DNA of 64,000 nt from Torpedo marmorata (Eukaryota), in contig OZ360224.1 of the NCBI GenBank assembly GCA_977017645.1, positions 76,632,001 to 76,696,000 of the forward strand. The letters are read 5' to 3'. The translations under genes were made by a program, and so were the position numbers. A model generated the notes under the pieces. The model saw only the letters and a program-made list of their open reading frames with translations. It made no database searches and had not been told where the DNA came from. Shown here one piece after another: positions 1 to 12,885 of the stretch; positions within the stretch are counted from its first letter, which is position 1; each line of letters starts with the position of its first letter.

Positions 1-3000
1 TATGGAGTTCAAATCTTTAAAAATATATCATATCTGTTTCTAAGATTATAGGTAATCTTCTCAAGGGGAACACAACTGTACATTTCCTCATTCCATCTTG
101 TCATACCTAGATGGGTATCAGACTTCCATGTGACTGCTATACATTTTCTGGCCACCGCCAATGCGATCTTCACAAATTTTATTTGAAATTTTGACAGCCT
201 CATCTTAGGTCTTACGCCGGAAATATTGCCCATTAGAAATAATTCTGGGCGTTGTGGGAACTGAATTTCTGTAATTTGTTCTAAGAGTTTCCCTAAGTCT
301 GTCCAGAAAGGTTTTACTTTGGGGCACGACCAGGTTAAATGCAAAAACGTTCCTATTTCTTTGCCGCATCTAAAACATTTATCTGATATTTCTGATTTAA
401 ATTTATTCAATTTTTGTGGCGTGAAATACAACTGGTGCAAAAAATTGTATTGCACCCATCTGTATCTCACATTTATTGTGTTTTTCATACTGTCCCAACA
501 TAAGTCGGACCAGTTTTGTTCATTAATTATTATATCCAAGTCTGACTCCCATCTCAGTCTAGATCTATGTAGCCCCTGTTTAGGGTTCCTTTTTGTAGTT
601 AAAGATAGGCTGCTGAAATAAACTTCTTTGTGATCCCCTTTCGAATCAAAGTCCACTTCACTGCATCCGGTAGGGTCATTGATGGGCCCAATTTATCCCT
701 TAAGTAAGATCTCAGCTGGAAATAGCAGAAGAGTGTATTATTCATAATACCATACTTATTTTTTAATTGTTCAAATGACATAAGTTGTCCCTGCTCGTAG
801 CAATCCTCGACACACCTGATCCCTTTCCGGGACCAAGATCTTATTATCCATTGTAAAAGGTATACACCTATTTTGAGCCAGGGGTGTTGGAGATAACCTC
901 CCCTTATTCCCAATTTGATAATTTAGTTTATACCAGGTATCAATTATATGTTTCAGCAGGGAGGTTTCTTTCACACTGGATATTAATTTTTTAAAAAATC
1001 CCATTTGTATATAAAGTCTTCTGCTATCTTCTCTCCCACCTTATGCAGTTCCATCTTTACCCAGGAAGGCTTGTCTTCCCCTTCAAAGAAGGAGGTGACA
1101 AATTTCATTTGGGCTGCCCAATAATATTTTTTGAAATCTGGAAGTTGTAAACCTCCCAGTTCATATCTCCATGGCTCTGGCTACCTTACCTCTCCAAATG
1201 AACTTCCTGATATATTTATTTAATTCTTGAAAGAACCCTCGAGGCAATGATAAAGGTAGTGTTTGGAAAAGATATTGGATCCGTGGCAATATATTCATTT
1301 TTACACAATTGACCCTTTCAATAAGTGTTATTGGCAGTGCAGTCCATCTGTTAAGATCCTCTTCAACTTTTCTAAGCAAGGGGAGGTAATTTAACTTATA
1401 CAAATCTTGTAAGTTGTTATTTGTTTTAATGCCTAAATATTTTATCCCATTTGCCAGCCACTTAAAATTTATATTCCTTTGGTATTGAGTATAATCTCCT
1501 CCCGTAAGTGGCATAATTTCATTTTTGTTCCAATTTATCTTATAACCGGAAATTTTCCCATAATCTTCCAATTTTAAGTGCAATTTTTCTAAAGAAACTG
1601 CTGGTTCTGTCATCCGCAAATAAGTTAATTTTGTGCTCTTCCTGGTTAATCCTTAATGTCTGGATCTCGCCGAATAGCTTCTGCTAACGGTTCTATAACC
1701 AAAATAAAAAGAGCTGGAGACAGTGGACAGCCTTGCCTGGTAGATCTGGATAGTGGGAATGCTGAGGAAATTTGTCCATTGGTCACAACTCTAGCTTGGG
1801 GCTTATTATATAAAGCCTTAATCCAGTTTATAAAATTCTGTCCAAGTCCAAATCGTTCCAGCACTTTAAATTAAAAAAACCCACTCCACTCTATCAAAAG
1901 CTTTTTCTGCATCCAGGGCCACAGCGACACCTTGATCCCCTCTTGATTGTGCCAGATGTATTATACTAAGCAATCTGCTTACATTATCTACTATTTGTCT
2001 TTTTCGTATAAAGCCTGTTTGGTCCATATTTATCAATTTTGGCAAAAAAGCTGCCAGTCTGTTTGCCAAAGCTTTTGCAATGATCTTATAGTCTGAATTT
2101 AATAATGAAATAGGTCTATAAGAAGACAGTTTTAATGGATCCCTATCTTTTTTGGGTATCACTGTAATTATTGCTGTTGAGAATGATTTCAGGAGGGTAT
2201 GTGTCTTGACCGCTTGATCCAACACCTCCATAAGTAGTGGTATCAAAAGATCTTTAAATTATTTGTAAAATTCAGGTGGAAATCCATCCTCCCCCAGAGA
2301 TTTATTAATTTGCAACGAACCCAGTGCCCCCTCCATCTCTACTTGGGTAAAGGGGGCATCGAGCTCCTTCTGTTCCTCTAAATCTAGATTTGGAAGATCC
2401 AATTGTGACAGGAATCCTTCAATTTCACTAATATTCCTTTGAGATTCTGATTCATATAGTCTAGTGTAAAATTGTTTAAAGGCCTCATTAATATCCTGTG
2501 GTTTATAGGAAATCCTGTCTGTTTCCATTTTGATCGCATTAATCGTTCTTGAGACCTGTTCTGTTTTCAACTGCCATGCTAAGACCTTTTGGGCTCTTTC
2601 CCCTAGCTCATAGTATTTTTGTCTAGTTCTGGTTATCATTTTCTCCATTTTATATGTTCGTAATGTATTATACTTGAGCTTTTTATTAATTAATTTTCTA
2701 CGTTTTTCCTCTGAGCCTGACTTTTGAAGGTCTTTTTCCAAATGAGATATCTCGTGTTCTAATTCATCCACCTCCCTTGTATATTCCTTTTTCATCTTTG
2801 TAGTGTAACTGATTATTTGTCCTCGCAAATATGCTTTTAAAGTATCCAAGATAATAAATTTATCTGTAGAAGTACAGTTGGTCTCACAGAACGCTGTAAT
2901 TTCTTTTCTAATAAAATTACAAAACTCCTGTCTTCTCAACAGCCCTGAATTTAATCTCCATCTGTACACCGTCTTTTGTTTATCTGGCATTGTAATTTTT

Positions 3001-3812
3001 AATATCAGAGGTGAGTGGTCTGATAGTAGTCTTGCTTTATATTCTGCTGCCACAATTCTACTCTGTAATTGAACCGATATAAAAAAATAAAAAAAAATCT
3101 ATCCTGGGGTATGAATCATGTCTGCATGAATAAAAAGAATAGTCCCTTTCCCTTGGATGGAGTCTTATCCAGGCGTCCATTAAATTCAGCTCCTTCATTA
3201 ACTGCAAAGTAGCTTTAGCTGCTTTCGTCCTTGTGATTGTTCTTCCTGACTTATCTAGAACCAGATCCAGACAAAAATTGAAGTCTCCACCCACTATAAT
3301 ATTTTGCTGTGCATCAGCCAATTTCAAAAATGTTTAATGTATAAATTTCTCATCATCTGTGTTGGGAGCATATAAATTCATCAGGGTCCAGGGCTCTGAA
3401 TATATCTGACAGTGAACCATTATATACCTACCTGAAGGGTCTGCAATTACGTCTTGCACTTTAATTGGAACATTTTTCCCTATTAAAATTGCTGCTTCCC
3501 TTGCTTTTGAGTTAAATGAAGATGCCCACCCATCCTCTCTTCAATTTTTGGTGTTCTTTTTCTGTTAAGTGAGTTTCTTGAAGGAAGGCCAGGTCCACTC
3601 CTATCTTTTTGATATATACCAGGACTCTTTTCCTTTTCACAGGTCCATTTAAACCATTGACATTAAAACTGATATATCTTACTGTGTTACTATTCACATC
3701 GAAGGTCCCTTCCAGATAGAGTATCTTTTATTCCCCCCACCCCCTCTCCCCATATCCACTCCTCAAGAATCCATCATTTCTTGCAGGGAAGAGGTCCTTA
3801 AAAAAAGAATAT
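1..3812 (-). mobile_element. L1-clade LINE: disrupted ORF2 (APE endonuclease, RT, C-terminal CCHC) plus part of the inter-ORF spacer; 3' end lies outside the window
   Basis: Fragments SFNVNGLN...FLQETHL, GGDFN, SDHSP, YRPISLLN, LDAEKAFDRV, TRQGCPLSP, CFRC..GTFLH..WSC, with many frameshifts. Confidence 0.92.
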
Positions 3813-3814
3813 AG

Positions 3815-6800
3815 ATAGTTAAGTAAGGAGTTGAGAAGCAGGACCTCAAATGTAGTAATCTCTGGATTACTACCTGTGCCAAGAGACAGTGAGTACAGGA
3901 ATAGATTGAGGTGGAAGTTAAATGTGTGGCTGAGAGATTGGAGCAGGGGCCAGGGGTTCAGATTTCTGGACCATTGGGACATCTTTTGGGGCAGCTGGGA
4001 CCTGTAAAAAAAGGATGGGTTGCACTTGAATCCCAGGGGGACCAATATCCTGGTGGGGAGGTTTGCTAAGACTACTGGGGAGAGTTTAAACTAGAAAGGT
4101 TGGGGGGGGGTGGGAATCAGATAGTTGAGGAAGAGAGTGGACCCTAAATAGTGGAAGATGGGGGATGGTGTGTGAGGAAGGATAGGCAAGTGATAGAGAA
4201 AGGACGCGCTCAGACGGGCGGTTTGAGATGTGTCTATTTTAATGCCAGGAGTATTGTGAACAAAGCGGATGAGCTTAGATTGCGGATTAATACTTGGGAC
4301 TATGATGTGGTGGCCATTACAGAGACTTGGATGGTTCGACAGGATTGGGTGCTTCAAGTGCTGGGTGTTAGATTTTTCAGAAAGGACAGGAAGGGAGGTA
4401 AAAGAGGAGGGGGCGTGGCTTTGTTGATCAGGGATAATGTCACGGCTGAAGAAAAGGTGGACGGCATAGAGGTTTTGACTACAGAACATATATGGGTGGA
4501 GCTTATGAATAGGAAGGGGTCAAAAACGTTATTAGGTGTTTTTTATCAGCCGCCCAATGCAGAAAGGGAAATTGAGGAGCACATAGGGAAACAGATTTTG
4601 GAAATGTGTAAAAACAACAGAGTTGTCGTGATGGGAGATTTAAATTTCCCAAATATTGATTGGATTATCCCTAGAGTAAGGGGTTTAGATGGGGTGGAGT
4701 TTGCTAGATGTGTTCAGGAAAGTTTCTTGACACAATATGTAGATATGCCTACAAGAGGAGAGTCTGTACTTGATTTGGTATTGGGAAATGCACCTGGAGA
4801 TAGTGATCATAATTCTATCTCCTTTACAATAGCTTTGGAGAGTGATAAGAATAGACAAGTTAGAATAACATTTTATTGGAGTAAGGGGAATTATGAGGCT
4901 ATCAGGCAAGAAATTGGAAGATTAAAATGGGAACGGATGTTCTCGGGGAAAAGTACAGAGTAAATGTGGCAAACGTTCAGGGGATATTTGTGAAGTTATG
5001 AATAGGTATGTTCCAATGAGAAAGGGAAGTTATGGTAGGGTACAGGAACCATGGTATACAAAGGCTGTGAAAAGGCTAGTGAAGAAGAAAAGAAAGGCTT
5101 ACAAAAGGTTAAGAGGGATAGGTAGTGTTAGAGAACGAGAAGAGTATAAGACTAGCAGGAGAGAGCTTAAAAAGGAAATTAGGAGAGCAAGAAGGGGCCA
5201 TGAGAAGGCCTTGGCGGGCAGAATTAAGGAAAACCCAAAGGCATTCTACAAGTATGTGAAGAGTAAGAAGATTAGACGTGAGAAGATAGGACCTATTAAG
5301 TGTGACAGTGGGAAGGTGTGTATGGAACCGGAGGAAATAGCGGAGGTACTTAATGAATATTTTGCTTCAGTATTCACTATTGAAAAGGATCTAGGGGATT
5401 GTAGTAATGACTTACAGCAGACTGAAAAGATTGAGAATGTAGATATTAAGAGAAAGGATGTGTTGGAGCTTTTGGAAAGCATCAAGTTGGATAAGTCACC
5501 GGGACAGGATGAGATGTACCCTTGGCTGCTGTGGGAGGCAAGGGAAGAAATTGCTGAACCTCTGGCGCTGATATTTGAATCATCATTGGGGAAGGGAGAG
5601 GTGCCGGAGGACTGGAGAGTTGCAAATGTTGTTCCTTTGTTTAAGAAGGGGAGTAAAGATAGCCCAGGAAATTATAGACCAGTAAGTCTTATTCGGTGGT
5701 TGGAAAATTGATGGAGAGGATCTTGAGAGACAGGATTTATGAGCATTTGGAGACTTATAATAGGATTAGGAATAGTCAACATGGCTTTGTTAAGGGCAGG
5801 TCGTGCCTTACGAACCTGATTGAATTTTTTGAAGATGTGACTAAACACATTGACGAAGGAGAAGCAGTGGATGTGGTGTATATGGATTTCTGCAAAGCAT
5901 TTGATAAGGTACCACGTGCAAGACTAATTGAGAAGGTAAGAAGGCATGGGATCCATGGGGATGTTGCTTTGTGGATCCAGAACTGGCTTGACAATAGAAG
6001 GCAAAGAGTGGTTGTGGATGGGTCATATTCTTCATGGAGGTCAGTGACTAGTGGTGTTCCTCAGGGATCTGTTCTGGGACCTCTACAATTCATGATTTTT
6101 ATAGACGACTTGGATGAGGAAGTGGAGGGATGGGTTAGTAAATTTGCTGATGACACTAAGGTTGGGGGTGTTGTTGTTAATGTGGAGGGCTGTCAGAAGG
6201 TACAGAGGGATATTGATAGAATGCAAAACTGGGCTGAGAAGTGGCAGATGGCGTTTAACCCGGACAAGTGTGAAGTGGTTCATTTTGGTAGGTCAAATAG
6301 GATGGCAGAATAGAGTATTAATGATAAGACTATTGGCAGTGTGGAAGTTCAAAGGGATCTTGGGGTTCAAGTACAGAGAACACTCAAACCAACTGCACAG
6401 GTTGTGTCAGTGGTTAAGAAGGCATACGGTGTATTGGCCTTTATAAATCGAGGAATTGAATTTAGGAGTCGAGAGGTAATGTTGCAACTGTATAGGACGT
6501 TGGACAGACCTATATTGGAGTATTGTGCGCAATTCTGGTCGCCTCATTACAGGAAGGATGTGGAGGCATTAGAAAGGGTGCAGAGGAGATTTACTGGGAT
6601 GTTGCCTGGTTTAGGGAGCATGCCCTATGAAAACAGGTTGAGGGAACTATGCCTTTTCTCCTTGGAATGAAGGAGAATGAGAGGGGACATGATTGAGGTG
6701 CTTAAGATGATAAGTGGCTTTGATCTTGTAGACAGTCAGAGGCTTTTTCCCAGGGCCGAAATGGTTGCTGCAAGGGGACACAGGTTTAAGGGGTTGGGAA

Positions 6801-7051
6801 GAAGGTATCCAGGAAATGTCAGAGGTACGTTTTTTACGCAGAGAGTGGTGGCTGCGTGGAATGAGTTGCCGGCAATGGTGGTGGAGGTGGATTCTATAGG
6901 GACTTTTAAGAGACTTTTGGATAGGTACATGGAGCTCAGAAATGTAGAGGGATATAAGTAAGTCTATCAATTCCTTGAGTAGTGACATGTTCGGCACAAC
7001 TTTGTGGGCCGAAGGGCCTGTATTGTGCTGTAGATTTTCTATGATTCTATG
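3815..7051 (+). mobile_element. CR1 LINE: end of the SGNH-esterase ORF1, disrupted ORF2 and 3' UTR with a (TTCTATGA)-type tail
   Basis: VVISGLLPVP...DGLHLN at 3850-4035; YFNARSI/ITETW/MGDLNFP endonuclease; VPQGSVLGP and FADDTK RT motifs; RGDMIEV C-terminus; tail at 7036-7051. Confidence 0.93.
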
Positions 7052-7059
7052 AATAGGTA

Positions 7060-7460
7060 ACGCAACATAAAAGTGCAGAGTATATTGTTATAGAGAAAAC
7101 GTTCATTTAAAACAGTGCAAAGGCAGCATCATTTCACTAATTAGAGATCCATTCAATAGTTTTTTGATAAGTGGGAAAGAAATTCTTGAATTTGATGGTG
7201 TGTATTTTCAAACCCATGTATCTTCTGCCTGATGGGAGGGGAAAAAGAAGGCTGGGGCGGGATGGGTCTTTTAATGTGTTGGCTGCTTTCTCAGGTAGCA
7301 GGAAGAGTTGAGAGTCTATGGAGTGGGAGGGGGTTAGCTGGTTTGCTTAATGGACTGAGCTGCAATCACAACACTGCAATTTCTTGCAGTCTTCAGCAGA
7401 GCAGTTCCCTTACCAAGCTGTGATGCATCCTGACAGGTTACTTTGTATGGTGCATCCATA
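7060..7460 (-). mobile_element. Old Rex/Babar-type LINE 3' fragment
   Basis: Degenerate similarity by eye to the LPSGRRYR/RTSRLKNSF-coding region seen at 47090-47335 and 54122-54505. Confidence 0.5.
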
Positions 7461-7984
7461 TTCTGAGAAGACAGCATTGGTAGTACCTCCCCAGTTCCCT
7501 GTCCAGAATAGTAACAACACCGAAATTTTCCTGACAATCTGAAAAATTGTCCAAGTGCATCTTGTCCACAGGAAAGTATGATAACTATAATTTGGCTAAT
7601 TTGGCAAACTGTTCCAGATGCTGGCAATCTTCAGCCAATCTGCATCTGTGGAGAGGTTGATGACCTTTTACCAAAACTGGAAAAAGTCAGAGATTGAAAA
7701 AAAGTTATCATAAAAAGGGGAGGAACATACAATACAAAAGAGAAGGTTGGTGAATTGTAAAAATAAAGGAAATTTAACTCTTACCCTTAAAAAAAAAAAG
7801 CAAATAAAATTGGATCAGATTCCCTCATAAGATTTTTCAAATGTGTCAGAATAAGCAGGTTAAGCTGCAGTGTGCAGACACGTGGTTCCACATGCCACTG
7901 TGGTAAAGAGGGGGAGGGGGGGGGGAAGGATATTCACGGCGGTATTCGATAGGATAAATACTGGTGAAATCATTTATGCTCCTC

Positions 7985-8135
7985 TCCCAAGAATATCTCA
8001 GGACCTTTCACCTGCCCCTAAAATGATTGAAAGGGCCATATTAAGCATCCCTTCCAAAAGACAGCACCTATGACAAATTGGCATTCTCTTTGACTAGCAC
8101 TGAAGTGTCAATTCCAAATTTGAAATTGCAGTCTT
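7985..8135 (-). mobile_element. Degenerate Deu-domain SINE fragment (AmnSINE/SacSINE-like)
   Basis: aaagacagcacctatgac...gcactgaagtgtca resembles the reverse complement of the Deu core, from memory of the consensus. Confidence 0.45.
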
Positions 8136-8136
8136 T

Positions 8137-9915
8137 TAGAACATAGAACACTACAGTACAGTACAGGCCCTACGGCCCTCAATGTTGTGCTGACCCATAT
8201 ATTCCTTCAAACAAAAAAAAAGCACTAAACCCTCCCTACCCCGTAACCCTCTATTTTTCTTCCATCCATGTACCTGTCTAAGAGTCTCTTAAATGCCCCT
8301 GTTTCAGCCTCCACCACCATCCCTGGCAAGGCATTGCAGACACCCACACCTCACTGTATTAAAAAAAAACTTACCCCTGATGTCTCCCCTAAAGTTCCCT
8401 CCCTTCACTTTGAACAGATGTCCTCTGGTGTTTGCTACTCCTGCTGTGAGAAAAGGGCGCTGGCTGTCTACCTTATCTATGCCTCTCAGAATCTTGTAGA
8501 CCTCTATTAAGTAACTTCTCATCCTTCTTCGTTCCAAAGAGAAAAGCCCTAGCTCTGCTAACCTTGCCTCATAAGACTTAATTTCCAATCCAGGCAACAT
8601 CCCAGTAAATCTCCTCTGCACCCTCTCCATAGCTTCCACATCCTTCCTATAATGAGGTGACCAGAACTGAACACAATATTCTAAGTGTGGTCTCACCAGA
8701 GATTTGTAGAGCTGCAACATAACCTCTCGAATCGTGAACTCAATCACCTGGCTAATGAAGCCCAGCATCCCAAAGTCCTTCTTAACTATCCTATCAACCT
8801 GCGCGGTGACCTTGAGGGATGTATGGATTTGGACCCCAAGGTCCCTCTGTTCATCCACACTCCTAAGTAACCGACCATTAACCCTGTACTCAGCCTTCTG
8901 GTTTGTCCTTCCAAAATGCATCACCTCACACTTATCCGGATTGAACTCCATCTGCCACTTTTCCGCCCAACTCTGAATCCTGTCTATATCCTTTTGTAAC
9001 CTATGACAACCTTCATCACCGTCCTCAACTCCTCCAACCTTCGTATCATCCGCAAATTTACTGACCCATCCTTCTGCTTCTTCATCTAGGTCATTTATAA
9101 AAATCACAAAGAGCAGGGGTCCCAGAATGGATCCGTGCGGAACTCCACTAGTCACTGACCTTCAGGCCGAATACTTTCTCTACTACTCTGCTTTCTACAA
9201 GCAAGCAAATTTTTTATCCACACAGCCAAGGTTCCATAGATCCCATAGCTCATGACTTTCTGAACGAGTCTCTCATGGGGGACCATGTCAAATGCCTTAC
9301 TAAAATCCATGTAGACCACATCTACCGCCCTACCCTCATCAATTTCCTTTGTTACCTCCTCAAAAAACTTAATTAGACTTGTGAGGCACGACCTTCCCTT
9401 CACAAAGCCATGCTGACTATCCCTGTGTAGACTGTACTTCTCCAAATGCTCATAGATCCTATCCTTAAGAATCCTCTCCAATAGTTTGCACACCACTGAC
9501 GTAAGACTCACCGGTCTATAATTCCCAGGATTCTCCCTTTTGCATTTTTTAAACAAGGGGACTACATTTGCCATTCTCCAATCCTCTGGCACCTCCCCTG
9601 CGGCCAAAGAGGACTCAAAGATCATAGCCACTGCCCCAGCTATCTCTTCCCTCACTTCCCACATCAACCTGGGGTATATCGCGTCCGGCCCCAGGGACAT
9701 ATCAATCTTAATGTTTTTAAGAAAATCCAACACTGCCTCTTCCTTAATCTCAACATTGTCCAGCACACAAGCCTGTCCTATTCTGACCTCACCCTGATCC
9801 AGGTCCTTTTCTCTTGTGAATACTGAAACAAAGTATTAATTTAAGACCTCCCCAGCCTCCAGGCACATGTTGCCTCCTTTATCCTTCAGCTGCCCCACCT
9901 TCATTCTCGTCATTT
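8137..9915 (-). mobile_element. 5'-truncated CR1 LINE (RT and 3' tail)
   Basis: ORFs 9152-9766 and 8304-9155 (NYRPVSLTS, FADDTK, LEYCVQFWSPHY); tail tagaacatagaaca at the left end. Confidence 0.92.
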
Positions 9916-10889
9916 TGTGTCAGATAAGAATGACGATTTAAAGCTAGTGTGAGATAAAGGTTACCTATCTGCTTTAAATGATTTTCAAAACTTTTGGAAC
10001 TAGTAAATTTCAAAGGTTGCCTCCTGCTTTGAAAATTTCCAAACATTTTGAAGTTTAATAAAAAAAATTCCACAATGGCTAGTCATAAAATCACTGAAAG
10101 TTGATGGTCCTTGAAAGGAAGGTATAAGCTTTCTTTTGAAATGGCAAAATTTACAACTGAAGTAGAAGGTAGCTATTTCAGGAAAGTGTGAAGCTTACTT
10201 TCAGAGTACAAATTCAGCCTTGGTCACTTGCACTACACATGCAGCTGCAACATGTAAGTCACATGCAAAATTAAATTCTACCTGTCAATGGAACTGAGCT
10301 TTGCAAGCAGATGGCAAACAGCTGTACCTATGTGCATTTACTGCAAATGATTAAGGAATATTTCTATCAAATCAGATGGGCATCCACATAGTGGACTCAA
10401 CATAATTAAAATATAAATTGTTTACAGATTCATTAATATGGAAATTAGTTTTGGTACCTGACATTTGACTACTGATCAAATTGACACCAGCAACCCTGAA
10501 CTGCTATTTTACAGAAAATTGTACCTGGTTCCTCTTGCCAAAACTTGTAAATGTTCATATCAACTGAGATCTCCATTAGTCTATATGCTCTCATTACCTA
10601 GAATCACATACTATCCAGCCTCAAATAAAAACCTGCACAAGTTATTAGTAGATCATCTAACACCTGTGGAAACCTATATCAACAAAAGTAAGTTGCTGGA
10701 GTATGGTTGGGGCAGAAAATGACCGTCTTAGCAATCTATACCAAAAATGTGCAGTTACTGCAGTTCTCTGCATTACCAAGGTAAATTTATTCCTGAGTAT
10801 AGAGGATGCGGAATACAAACTAAAAGGAAATACACATAATTCTAACCAGTAAATTCAGAAAAAAAGCAAAAATGTGTTATAAATTGCAA

Positions 10890-10895
10890 TTTATT
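10890..10895 (-). terminator. Candidate PREP polyadenylation signal (would give a 3' UTR of about 1.4 kb)
   Basis: AATAAA on the minus strand, followed about 20 nt later by a U-rich tract. Other AATAAA hexamers exist near 10786, 11132, 11572 and 11772, so the choice is uncertain. Confidence 0.35.
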
Positions 10896-12272
10896 TTTCA
10901 TGTACATAAAGTGACATATTTCAAATAATGTTTGATATGAGTTATTAATTGTGTTTTCATTAATTATGATGAGGTAAAATTAGGTAACAGTCAAATCCAA
11001 TCCAACTAGTCACAAGGTAAACATCTGACTGAATAGAACTGAAAATGGAATTGGGTTTGTAGTTTGAATGATTTCAGACTTTGTGACACACAACTTAGAA
11101 GGAAGATAAGAAAATAATTCATAATTCATGCTTTATTTCTTTACACTACTTACACTTAAAAAAAAATCTTTGTGTTAGCAAAACTTACTTCCACTAGGAT
11201 ACAGCATGTGATTTTCTAAATGCACTGGAACTGATCAGACGAAACCTCAAACTGCTTCCCCTCCACGTTGTGAAATTGCACACTACCTTTAAAAAAAGAA
11301 CTGCAGTTCTGGAAAAACCAAGGTGTATTCTATCAGGTTTCCTTTAACAGAGAACCCACAAAACCTGAATGATGCAGAACAAATTCAATTTCCAAGATCA
11401 GGCCTAAGATTCAAACTTTTGTTCATTGTGTTAATTTCAAGCTTTTGAGTGGGACTAAACAGTGTCATATGCAGCAAAACAGACAGACTATTCTGTAAAG
11501 CTACAAAGGAAATTTCAATTGGTATGGAATATTATCAGAGATACTTGAGGAAAATCTTAAACACTAAATGGTTTATTTTTACACATCATGTCTAAATAAG
11601 TATGAAGGTGATGTAACAGTTCAAACTGATGCGACGACATGTTCGAATTGTGTTGAATTCAAACTTAGCCGCATTTTAAATGAAGCTTAAGCAACTACAT
11701 TGTTTCAATTGCTTCCTGAGCTGCAGAAAACAATGATTTGAATGGACAATCACTGAAGTTATTTGCTTTGTTTTATTTATGCATTGATGCCTTGCACTGT
11801 GTGCTTTTGAATATCAATTATTTAAAATTTGAGGGGATAGCCAATAACGTCAAAATTCCATAAAAAATTAAAAATACAAGCACAAAATTAAACTGACTGT
11901 AACAATGACATATTCTTCTAATGGGATAAATAACCATTGGAATCATGATGTTTCACTAATTTGTAAAAATATGCTCTTATTCCTCCATCGGATGTGAGTA
12001 TTGTTGGAAAGGCCAGCAGCATTTATTATCCATCCTTAATTGCCTTGAGGGTGCGACGAGAACCACCATGCTAAGTGTCAAACTTTTAACGATATCACTT
12101 ATTCCGTATTACTAATTGCACTACTGAGGTCCGAAAATTCTATTCAGCCCCATAACACACACTATTTTGTTTTAGTAGCTCATTTCTTCAATGTATTCTA
12201 TTCTAAATTTGTCTACAAGTTTTTAGATTCTTTTCTGAATACCGATTAATTGCAATGTTAACAATGTCTATT

Positions 12273-12567
12273 TCAATCGATCCATTCAAGTTGTAATGTT
12301 TGTGCAATGAAAGCATACATATCGGAAACCTCCTGAATCACTTTGGCTGTTGGTTTTCCAGCACCATGTCCTGCCTTGGTATCAACATAGATGAACAGTG
12401 GGTTAACCTGATTTGGACTCTGACCAACAACATGCTGCAGAGTAGCTATGAACTTCATAGAGTGGAGAGGGACAACACGATCATCATGGTCTGCAGTCAT
12501 CAACAACATTGCTGGATACTGAATAACTTCACCTTGTGGCATCTTAATATTGTGAAGTGGTGAGTAT
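12273..12567 (-). CDS. PREP: Prolyl endopeptidase last coding exon, with catalytic Asp (DHDDRV), catalytic His (KAGHGAG) and TGA stop
   Basis: [36 protein letters not shown]...[16 protein letters not shown]...LEWID*. Polypyrimidine tract and AG at 12568-12569. Confidence 0.96.
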
Positions 12568-12708
12568 CTAAAAAGAAAAAAATCTTAATAATTCGATAAA
12601 TATTATAGTTGAACGATATAATGAATATAGCACTAAAACTCAGAAATTTTATATTTAGAAGTTAAAATTGATTCATTTTTACATTTTAGACTCGTATCAC
12701 AATTACAG

Positions 12709-12885
12709 TATATATATATATATATATATAGATAGATATACAAGACCATATGATATAGGAGCAGAAGTAGGCCATTCCATCATGAGCTGATCCATTCTCC
12801 CACTCAGCCCCTCTCCCCTACCTTACTGCATAACCTTTGATACCCTTATACCCTGCCTTCTCCCCATAACATTTGATACCTTTAT
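12709..12885. repeat. (TA)11 microsatellite followed by a short minus-strand CR1/SINE tail fragment
   Basis: TA run at 12709-12730, then gaccatatgatataggagcagaagtaggccatt, a CR1-type 3' end. Confidence 0.7.
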
